A DNA stretch of 64,000 nucleotides from contig CM119271.1 in assembly GCA_051294375.1 (NCBI GenBank), positions 1,482,721 to 1,546,720 on the forward strand. Reading direction: 5' to 3'. Of this stretch, positions 38,870 through 50,655 are shown one piece after another. The stretch is from Paraspadella gotoi. Lineage: Eukaryota > Animalia > Chaetognatha. The notes under the pieces are model-generated. The model saw only the letters and a program-made list of their open reading frames with translations, did no database searches and was not told where the DNA came from. The position numbers and the translations under genes were made by a program. How positions within the stretch are numbered: the stretch's first letter is position 1; every line of letters starts with the position of its first letter.

Positions 38870-40685
38870 AGGGTTTTGAATAGGAATCAGGGTTTGTCAC
38901 TTGAAGAGACCCGGGCCTCATCAAAAAAATGTTTTTTTTTTTGTTTCCAAAATTTTTTTGAGGAAGGCCCAGATTCTTTAAAAATGCTTAAATTCTTTTT
39001 TTTTCATAGAATTTTAAACTTGTTATATTTTAAACATCAATACCTAAATATTTTTAAAAGGCTCAAAATATGGTTCTTTTTACAAACCGTAAGAGAAATG
39101 TCTTTTTGATTGATAAAAAATAGTAACATGAAATAATTCTCTTTAATCGTCAAAGGATAAGATGAAACGAGAAGAAAAGAGCCGAGTTGAGCCGAAACCC
39201 GGGTTGGTCCCTCGTCGCAATGCACCTCGTAGAAGTAAAAGCCTCGTGGAGATTCGCAAGGCGTATCAGGAGGTGATTGGGACAACAATAAAAAAAGATT
39301 GTCATTTTATATATTTTAGTAATTTTTATTAATTTGATGTAGATTACTCAGGAGTCGACTGTTAAAATCGTGAATGACGTACGCGAGGCATTGGAAGATA
39401 TAGAAGAGTTTTTCGAACCTTCCTCGGAGTCTTCGGGGGATGAATGGCAGGTTAAGTCAGATGGGAGTAATTATGGTGGTCTCTTGACTGGTCTGCTCAC
39501 AGGCTATTTGCGAAAACAGTTTAGTTTGCAATAACTCTATCGCTAACCGCTTACTACCAATAACCTTAACCCTAACAACCGCTAACGCTAACAACCGCTA
39601 ACCTTAATTAGTAATTACCCGTAACCCTAACTACCCATAAAGTTTATGATAAACCTAAGCACACCCTGATACAACAAAGAAACAATAATGATATATTATG
39701 GGCAATGTGTAGACATGTGTGATGCCCGGGGTGTGAGGCAAGATGACGCTCAGGGCTTGGAATTTGCAGTGACTATAAGGAAGGAACTTTTGATACTTTT
39801 TATTCCGAAACCTTCACACTTAACCGGCGGGACCGAGAGAGGATTGAACACGGGACGAGCTTAGTTTCACCAAGCTTTACAGGAGGCGAATTTAACATTC
39901 GCCACAATATGCGAATAAAAAAATAACCAACCGGTTCGGTTCCGGTCGGTGAGAGTAAACGTATGCCACTTTACGAATTTAACATCTTATGTTTAATTTT
40001 CGATTTTTATTTAACCCTGAATCAAAACCATTTTCAGAAAGACGAAAAGAAAATCCCAGTGAAAAAAATTACAAAAGCCCGAAAGAGTATGGTTCCTGTG
40101 AGAAAAGCAGGCACGTGTAAAACGCCGTCGAATGAAACTGCTCCGGGCAAGATTATTTTGTTCAGGCATGATCCTAATCAAAACCCGTTCCTTCCCCAAG
40201 TCGGGATGGATGAAAAAGAAAAGGTTATTTACTATCAAGAACATTTTCTATATTCGATATTGTAACGCTTTTGCGCATAAGTGGCGTCGTCGTCGTTGTT
40301 GTCGTCGGCGTTCCAAATTATAGATCGCCTTTTTTATGATTAAATTTGGGTGTATGAAGCTACTCTCATCGATGTGCTTAAAATTGAGTCTGGACAGTTA
40401 TTAAATATGTTTTGTTTACGTTTTATCAAAACAAACAAATTTTCTCTCTTTTATTTTTATATTTCTTTCTCTCTCTCTTTTAATTAAATGTCTCTCTCCC
40501 TCTCTCTTTTCCCTAGTCACTGATTCATAGACATAGGGAAAAAAACGAGTCTGCAGCTGGTTCTGCAGGGCTTATTCTTTTTCTCTCTTTTCTCCTGCTG
40601 CTTCTGCTGCTGCCTTTTGATTTCTTTTTTTTTTCTAGGTGCCTCTGCTGCTGCCGCTGCTGATTCGTCCATAAACGATTTGGCT

Positions 40686-40716
<31 letters not shown>

Positions 40717-43700
40717 TGTTTTTTTTAAATGAAAATGATTAGAATTTTTTTTTAATGCTGAAAAATAAATTATCCTTTTTCAGTTTCCGGCCCGACTTTA
40801 CAACTCTTAGTGGGATGCAATAGTTTTTAAGAAATCGTCTGTTTTTATTTTTTTCTCAGAGCCTGCGCCTGCTGATTAGTTTATTTTATGACAATGACAA
40901 TTGACAATGACAATTGACAATGACAATTGACAATGACAATTGACATTGACTTTGACAAAAAAAACCTTTTTTTTTCAGAAACTGTAACTTTAATTTTCCT
41001 CGGTACTTTATTATTCTTTTTAATTGACAATCGCTATGTATAAACTTTTAATTTTGATTGTGGCAACGAATTTTTTGACAGATAAGTCGGACATGTTTCG
41101 ACTCTTACAGTTTTAGAGTCTTCATCATTTTTTTTTTTTCAGGGACTGCGTCTGCTGATCAGTTTATCTTTTGACAATGAAAAAGGTTGTTTTTTGGGGT
41201 TTTTTTTTTTTCAGAAACTGTAACTTTAATTTTCCTCAGTACTTTATTCTTTTTTTTAATTGACAATCGCAAAATATAATTTTTCTTTCTGTTTATAAAT
41301 TAATTTTCTTTTCTCAAATTTTATTTTTTTTTTAGTATCAAAATTTGTCGTCAATCCAGATTTTTCTTATGCGATTGCGACGATCCTCATGCGTTTAAGA
41401 TTTTTTTCTATAAAATACTATATTAGTTTTTTGTCCTCATTTCAGTCGTTTGACGGTTTTCCTTCGGAAGAAATCCATGCCGCCGAATCCTTTTTACGCG
41501 AAAGCATGAGAAGATACGATTCCTTGAAACACGTCGTCGACGTCTCCGGAGAAAAGAGAAAATTTGGTTCTCTACCTTCGATATTTTACGGTCCTAAAGG
41601 CGATTGGCTGCTTAAGCGAGAGGCGCGATTTCTCTCCCGTTTACCCAAGAGCGAAGACGTCAACGGCAACGAAACTTCGCTTTCCTTCCAAGAATTTTAC
41701 GGGGAAGTTTTTTCTAAAATAAAAGATTTCGCGGCGGCGGAAAACCGAAAGTGGGTCTTTGATTTGGAGGAACAAATTGAGGAATTCGAATACACGATTC
41801 CGATCGAGAATTTGAAGATGGACGACATCGACGATGACGAACTATTCTCTTATTTGAATCGTGATTCTAAATTGGATGTAGTGGAGGAAGAACAGAGAGA
41901 GTTTGAACGTTTGTCCGGTCAGCAGCGTCCTCTACGTAAAGAGGCCATGTGCGTCAAGAATTACGTGGTCCCCAAAGAGTCCGATTTTAATCTGGATGAT
42001 TCTTTGATGATTCCATGCATCTGGTGCCCCGAGTATCACAAATACGGGATTTGTCCATTAAAGCCGGATCATTTGCCGAATTTTATACCAAACAGCGTCG
42101 TTAGAGAGGGATGCACTCTGTCGCGTGCGCAGATGTCTTTACCTAAAGTTTTAAGCATCAATCAATCTCGAATTGCGGACGCTAATCTTGGAGTTTGGTT
42201 TAAGCATAGTACAAGACGTTTACGGGTAAATGCGTCGTGAAAAATTTTTTAAGCGTGAAGTAATTTGAATATTATACCTCAATACAGGACAGATCTCCTT
42301 TGCCCAGAGGGACTATTTTTGGTCCATATGAAGGAAGAATCCTCACTACTAGAGACGACGCAGACATAAGCGGAACGGCTTGGGAAGTTCGCCTTTCCGA
42401 AGATAGGTCTGTCTACATCGACGCTGGCGTTGACGATGAAGCCAATTGGCTCAAATTTGTCAACTGCGCTCGATACCGCGAAGAACAGAATTTATACGCT
42501 TTCGAATTCAAGGGTGGTATTTATTATTTGGTTATCAAGAACGTTTTACCCGCAACAGAGTTGATGGTCTATTATGGCGACGATTATGCTCGTTCTCTCA
42601 AGATTAACAAAAATGAAGCTTCGATTAAAGCCACCGTCGACCACATTGATCGTTTTCATTGTGAAGTTTGTAAAAAATATTTTAAAAAGGTAGTCGGTTA
42701 TTTTGAAGACTCGAAGCAGTTATTTCTATGCGTCTCTTGCCGAAAATCTTCGAAAAGTATTATGACTGAGAAATCTTTAGAAAGTGACTATTTTGGGAAA
42801 CGGTTTTCGGGTGAAAGTGAATTAAAAAAACATGAACGCCACCACACAGGCGAAAAACCCTACAAATGCTCTTACTGTGAATCTGCATTTGGGGGCAAAA
42901 GTTCTCTCCGAGTTCATGAACGCATCCACACAGGTGAAAAACCCTACAAATGCTCTTACTGTGAATCTGCATTTTGTCGATCAGGTCACCTCCAAGTTCA
43001 TGAACGCATTCACACAGGTGAAAAACCCTACAAATGCTCTTACTGTGAATCTGCATTTAAGAACTCAAGGGATCTCCGAGTTCATGAACGCATCCACACA
43101 GGTGAAAAACCCTACAAATGCTCTTACTGTGAATCTGCACTTAGGGACAAAAGAGATCTCCGAGTTCATGAACGCATCCACACAGGTGAAAAACCCTACA
43201 AATGCTCTTACTGTGAATCTGCATTTTGTCGATCAGGTCACCTCCAACTTCATGAACGCATCCACACAGGTGAAAAACCCTACAAATGCTCTTACTGTGA
43301 ATCTGCATTTTGTCAATCAGGTCACCTCCAAGTTCATGAACGCAGGCATGAACACAGGCAAGAAACCCTAAAAATGCTCTTACTGTGAATCTGCATTTAG
43401 TAACTGATTTAGTAACTGATCTGCGAAAGCACGAACGTATCCACACTGGTAGAAAACCTATTAAAGTACTCAAACTGTGAATATGTAATATTTAATGATT
43501 GAAGTAGTTACCACAAATATAGCCACGTACCCGAGAAATGTTACCAGTCCCCCTACTCAAATTTTTTGATCACTTGATATCCGCGGAAGCGCTAACGGAT
43601 TTGTAAACGCTCTCCGAACTTGACCGACATACCTTAAAAGAATGGATAATTTTTCTTTTAATTGATTCTATTTTATGTTACAATAAGCCCAATATTTCGC

Positions 43701-46700
43701 TTTATATCTTGTCGACTGCTCAATTAATCGGCAGTACGTAAATGTGAAAGATTAACTGAAACTATTTTTCATGTTTTACCCAATTAAATTTTTATTCCCT
43801 GATTTGGTTCTGTGCCTTTAGTTTTTGCTTTTTGTTTTTATTATTTATTTGGATTATGAAATTGAGGCATTCGAGCATTTTTTACGTTTGAAACCAGAAG
43901 TTATTTTATTTTTGTTTATTTATTTTTAATTTATGTTAGTTTATTATTTGATTTTAACGGTAATACTATGTATATAATTACATATTTGCAGAAGAATCGT
44001 GAAGAGTATTGAAAACTCTAAATAGAAACTCCAATAAATAAAACGAATACGATATACTTTACGAGATAGGATTATATTGTGTAAGAGGCGTTTAAGGTAT
44101 ATACAATATACAATATTATACATTTTAGATACTTTACCAATTCTTAATCTCTTTTTCTTTAAAAGTCGTACTCTTTATCGGATATTACGGATTTACTCGT
44201 AACCGTTTAAAAATTTGTCAGGAAAAGTAGATATTTGGGAGTCAGTTTTTATTGAGAAAAATCAAATCCAACCAAACCCGTTTGAATTACTTAACATTAA
44301 ACAAAAGACGTATAATCGTCAAAAAGGTTCTCCCCTTTCTGGAACGATGCGGCGATCCTCGTCTCCCCCGACGCCCACTGGACCCGCGCCATCGTTTCCT
44401 TCGCCCCCGAACTTCCCCTCGATCGACTCGTCTTCGTCGCCGACTCAGCCGCTTTGGAGCGAAGGTTCAAGGCCGAGAGGGGCCGCTTTCTCGCCGGCCT
44501 TCAGTTCCGATTCAAAGGACCGAAGAGGATCGACTACGACATCCGGTTGCCATTCAGGGTCGCCCCCGTCTACAGCTCTGTGGGGCCGCCGGTGAGAGGG
44601 TGGAATTAGTGGAATGGGTCTCAGATGGGGTGGATGTAGAATAAGGCGTAGTGAAAGTTACATCACGATTTAAGTCTTTGACACATAATACTTAAACATT
44701 AATTTGTAACAAAAATTAATTTTATGTTTTTTAATTTTCGCAGTAGGCTATATTTATATATAGTACTATCCTTATAAAATCGAAAAATTTCAAAATAAGC
44801 TTTCTCTAATTTTGATTGCAGATTTGAATTCCTCGTCAAAGTTGATAAAAGAAAATATAAATCATTTTTAAAATTCTTTCATTAAGTGGGTTAAAATTAA
44901 AAAAACTATATTTATGTATAAAAAGTTAATTTTCGCTTAAATATAGCTTTTTCTAGTTTTTGACCACTTAATGAAGGAATTTTTTCAAAAGAGTTATATT
45001 ATTGTTATCAACTTTTTATGACGAATCCAAATTTGCAAAAAAATCTTAGAAAAAACTGTTTTGAAATTTTAACATTTATTTTTTAGTACTAGTATAATAT
45101 GGCCCTACTGCGTAAATTATAAAATTTATTATAAATTTTGTATTATACATAAATGTTCATTAATATAATATTGTCGTGTTCTTCACTTTTAGAATTTTAA
45201 TTAAAGTTAAATTTAGAAATTTTACTACGCCTTAAGGGGACTGTGTCTTTTTTAATTGGCCCTTATTAACTATTTTAGTAATGATGCAATTTTTTTCTCC
45301 ATCATGGCCTGAACCTTGGTCTGCTCTACATAAAACCGTTTTTCAAAAAATTTTTTACCTCATCATACAGCTGAGATATAAACAGAAAGGTTTTTTTTGC
45401 AAAATATTTCTTCTTCTCCACTGGATTGACCTGATAAGGTCCAAACTTTGTATGCATGTTCTTTTAGTCCTTGTCCTCAAACCCATGCATGGCTTTTTCA
45501 AAATTCCCACATTTAGATATGGTAATATTTTTTTTAAATAGTAAAAAAGGATACATTCTTTGATAAGCAATTAAAAATATAAGACTGAAACTGATCTAAA
45601 AATCCATGCAAGAGATTGTGGAGAAAACGCATAAAATACTCAACGAATGCATCGGTATATTTCTTATCATGAAAAGTTATCGAGTTTTACTATTCGTTTA
45701 CAAAAAGTACAAAATTTTTCGGTTTGTTAGATAAAGGTAAGAAACTTTATACGAATTGTTTTTACTCCGTGCGGTTTTCTTCGTTTTTTTCCGACTTTTT
45801 CTACGTCGGCAAGTAGCGAGAAGTTGTAATAAATTCATCGCGGATGACGCAAAATGCGCGAGTGAAAGGTAAACTTTATAAGAGGTGATAGAAAAGGTTG
45901 TTACTTATCTTTTGTGTTTTTAAAAACAAGTTTGGAATTATTTTTTTTAATTTATTTAAAAATGCTTTTGCTTTTTAAGCAATACCAATTGGAGTCGGTT
46001 TTGATGGCAAGAAAAAATTAACAATAGTGGTAAGAAGTATACTTGTTATACCATGCATTTTTATTGTCGCAATCGCTTTGCGTTTTGCGACGATCTCGTC
46101 ACGCTTTTGCGCATAAGTGGCGAAGGCGTCGTCGTCGTTGTTGTCGTACGCGTTCAACTTATATGTAGCTTCTCTCTCTCTCTCTTTTCCTGAGTTGCTG
46201 ATTCATCGGGAAAAAAACGAGTCTTCAGCTGCTTCTGCTCTGCTTCGGCTCTGCAGGGGCTTTCTTTTTTTTTCTCTCTTTTTTCCTGCTGCTGCTGCCT
46301 TTTGATTTCTTTCTTTTTTCTTCTCTCTTTCTCTTCTCTCTCTCTCTCTCTCTCTCTCTCCTTCTTTATCTTTCTCTCTCTCTCCTCTCTCTCTCTTCTC
46401 TTTCTCTCTTTTTTTTCTCAGGGGCTGCTTCTGCTGATCAGTTTATTTGACAATGAAGCAGTCTGGCTTGTTTGATATCAGATGATGATGATTTGAAAAG
46501 AGAAAAAAAATGCGAGCCCTTCAGATGCAACAGGATCGGAAATCAAGTGTTTTTACATCGATATTTTACCAGAAATTTTTACCAGGAGCGTTTATATTGT
46601 TTGGTAGTCAGATTTGAACGCAAAATATCCATTGAAAAAGTCTTCCTCGATCTCTAAGAACGACGTAGACTCCTAATTAAACTCGTAAATTAAGCAACGC

Positions 46701-49700
46701 ATTCGTGCATGTTATCATTTTGCTATCGCAACATCGGTTTTTTATTTCGTTCTCTTTTATCGTCACTCTCTCTTTATTTTTATTTTCTTTCTTTCCTTTT
46801 CTATTTCTTTCTTTCGCTTTTTCCTATTCTTTCTTTCTTTTTCTATTTTTTCTTTCCTTTCTATTCCTTTCTTTCCTTTTTTATTCTTTCTTTCCTTTCT
46901 ATCTTCTTTCCTTTCCTTTTATTCTTTCTTTTCTTCTATTTTTTCTTTCCTTTCTATTTTTCTTTCCTTTCCTATTTTTTTCTTTCCTTTTATTCTTTCT
47001 TTCCTTTTTATTCTTCTTTTCTTTCTATTTCTTTCTTTCCTTTTCTATTGTTTCTTTCCTTTCTATTCTTTCTTTCCTTTCTAATTCTTTCTTTACTTTT
47101 TTTTCTTTCCTTTCCTTTCTATTCTTTCTTTCCTTTCTATTCTTTCTTTACTTTTTTTTCTTTCTTTCCTTTTTATTTTTTCTTTCCTTTCTATTCTTTC
47201 TTCTTTTCTATTGTTTCTTTCCTTTCTATTCTTTCTTTCCTTCTATTTTTTCTTTCCTTCTATTTCTTTCTTTCTTAATTTTCTTTTCTCAAATTTGATT
47301 TTTTTTAGTATTAAAATTTGTCGTCAATTCAGATTTTTCTTATGCGATTGCGACGATTCTTATACCTTTAGATTTTTTTATGTTTTTTATCGACTTATAG
47401 TCTGATTTATTTCTTATTAGCGCCTGGTAGTTTTAAAAAGAATTGAAGACTGAAGAAAGAAGAGGAATGTGCCATTATAAGTGCTGACTATAAAGAGTAT
47501 CAATTGACATGCAGTTTCCGAGGAAAAGTTTAATGAAACAATTCAAATTAATATTAATTTTTTGTATCTCAAGAATCTGAAAATGGAAGACTATAATGTT
47601 GGAACTAAGTTACCACCACTGTCAATATTTTTGCGCGTCATCAAGGAAGCAGAGATCTTCATGATCATTTCAAATATAATTAGGATGTCGGGTTTTAAAT
47701 TTATTAGGTAAAAGTTTTTCCGCTATTATCACTGATGATATTTTAATGCAGTATTTTATTTTTAACAGCAAAAAAGATCTTTTAAAGTATGCAAGTTGTT
47801 GGTTTATTTTGCTATATGGTAAAGTACAGTAGAAATGTTTAAGATATCAATATTGTTTTTTAAAATTATTTAAAAAAAAATCAATTCTTTTCAGTAACTG
47901 CAGTATTCTGGGCGATACTCAAGGTGAGGTACATCCCAACTGATTGAGGGGGTCTGTCAGTACTGCCTAAAGTAAGCAATTTTTGAAATGATAAGAAATC
48001 TTTAACTATTTTATTTGTTTTAAGGTATAACTATAATAATTAAAAAATGATTGGACATCTAAGGTAATAAAGGAAAAAAATTACATTGTAAAGTGATAGA
48101 TACATAAATTCTAACCATTTTATTTTAATAAATGCATCAGGTTACCAAAATTTTGGATGCACAGAAAAAAAAATTATTCAAACGACGAATAAAGATTTTG
48201 TCAAAACCTGTCAACACAATTCTAACTTAATTTTTCATCAACAATAAAAAACTTTTATGATTGTACAATGATTGGTGGCTGAAATACAGTTAGGTATCGC
48301 CTACCTGTCACATTAGCTGATGCACATGTGACATTGCATGTTATTGTAAATAATGTAATTTATGTTTTATAAACAATTTAAAATTAGAGCGTAATGTTTC
48401 TGCGTGTGAAGTTGGGTCATGTTGATTTTTAGTCGAATCTGCTTTCAGCAGATCCCGACTCTATAATTCACTTTGTCGGTCCATCGGTCCGCCCCCTCAA
48501 TCTTGTCGGGCATTTACTTATCATGTCAGAACATCGAATTATGAAAAATTATGCAAAAAAAAAAACGTTGTCCGTCCTTCTTAGCAAAAAACACCAATTA
48601 CTCGTGATTGGATGGATGAATAGGAATGAAATTTTGTGAGTGGGTAGGGAAGTGTGTGATTGAGCTGGATATGAAGTTTCGATGGAATCGTCCGAGTGGA
48701 AATGAGTTTAAATTGGAAAAAAAATTAAAAATTATATTTCACTATTTGACACCAATTACTCATGAGTGGATGGGGCGATTGACTTGAATTTTGTATTTGG
48801 GTAAAAGAGTGTGTGATTAAACTGGAACAAAAGTTTCAATGGAATCGTTTTGAGTGGAAATGAGTTAAATGGAGAAAAACAAGAGACCTGTTTCACTATT
48901 GATTATGGCTTCTTTTTCTTTTATTTTAAAATATAAATGCAGATGTATTAATTAATCAAATAATTAATGCAGTTAATTAATCAATTAGTCAATTAATTAA
49001 TCATAATTATTAATCAGTCAATTAATCAATCAAAAAAACATTTTGGATCAAATTAATAAATTAACTGCCTAATTAATTAATTAACTTGAATAATTAATTA
49101 CTAATTAACTTGAATTAATTATTAATTAATTATTTATTAATTAAGTAATTACCGATAATGATGTGGGCAGATCCGACATTGTTTGCTCAAACTTGTTTTT
49201 TATAACACGTAACGTTTCCGTTGCCATCGAAACTCGTTATTAGATCATGTTTCCTCGACATTATTTACTAGTAGAAGGAAAAAAATAATCAGATTTTTCA
49301 AAATCGAACGATCACGCAAGAGAGCTTCTTTGTCGTCCCTCTTCGTCTTCTCATCGTCATTTTTCATACTTTCTTCATCGTCATTTTCATCTTTGTTTTT
49401 CGTCGTCGTCTTCGACATGTTGTCATTTTCGTTGTCGTCATCGTCTTTCTCTGTCGTTTTCGTCGTCGTCAATTTTCGTCGTCGTTTTCATTGTCTTATT
49501 ACTAGTAGAGAAGGAAAAAAATAATCAGATTTTTCAAAAAGCGAAACGATCCCGCAAGAGATCGTAACAGAGAAGAGAGAGAGAGAGAAAAGAAGTGAAA
49601 ACAGCTACCCATTTTCGTTCGCCTTCTTTGTTCGTCCTCTTCGTCTTCTTCATCGTCATTTTCATCTTCGTTTTCGTCGTCGTTCTTCAACATCGTTGTC

Positions 49701-50623
49701 ATTTTCGTTGTCGTCATCGTCTTTTGTCCGTTTTCGTCGTCTTCTTCGCGTGCGTCATTTCAATCGTCGTTTTCATTGTCTTCTTTGTTGTCTTCTTCGT
49801 CGTCAGTTTTGTCTTCCTCTTCGTCATCATTTTCGTCGTCATTTTCGTCGACGTCTACGTCGTATTTGTCGCGTCGTCGTCGTCGTCATTTTCGTCGTCG
49901 TCTTCGACGGTTGTTTGGGGCTATCCAACGCGCGCCGGAACAAAGAAAATCCATAAAGGTCTTGACTAAAAAAATACTGAAAAAAACATGGCGCTTAGTC
50001 TAAATTCTTTTTAAATTTTTTTTATTTTGCGGTATTTAGGCGGTCATGCACTGATTCCGATTCTGTTGGGTCTTGCCTATCTTGCACCGCATGAAGAGAG
50101 ATGGAGAGAGACAGAGAGAGACGTTGTCAAGCGAGACCGTCCTAGGGTAATTGCGCCATGTGACTGGAGGCGTCACTGAGGGTCGGAAAGCCCCCAAAGT
50201 CAACAGTGGAGATTCCCCATCCCAATGGGCATCACAGGCAACCCGGCTGTTGCCATAACGCCTGATAAATTTTTTTTTTAAGAAAGAAAAAATAATCAGA
50301 ATTTTTTCCAAAAAATGAACGATCACGCAAGAGATCGTACAGAGAGAGACAGACACTCATTATGGCATGAAAAATAATTGTGAGTAATCAAAATTATAGG
50401 TAAACAAATGAAAATCTCAGGATGAAAAAATCCTATGCGTTTTCGAATGACAGCTCTTTTCTAGCAGCGCTTATAAAATTGTCACATGCACTGCATTAAA
50501 ATAATCTACATATCTCTCAAATCCTCCTCTTTCATGAAACCAACTTTTTACATTCTCTCTTTCTTTTCTCTCTCCCTCTCCGTTTTCATTTCTCTCTTCT
50601 TTTTTTCCGCTCTCTCTCTTTCG

Positions 50624-50655
<32 letters not shown>

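Noticed and set aside
39540-39640. Telomere-like taaccc/ctaacc repeats
   Set aside because: Short, degenerate and intronic; likely part of a repeat element rather than a telomere
46705-47298. 197-aa and 189-aa hydrophobic ORFs
   Set aside because: Translations of a T/C-rich simple repeat inside a transposon
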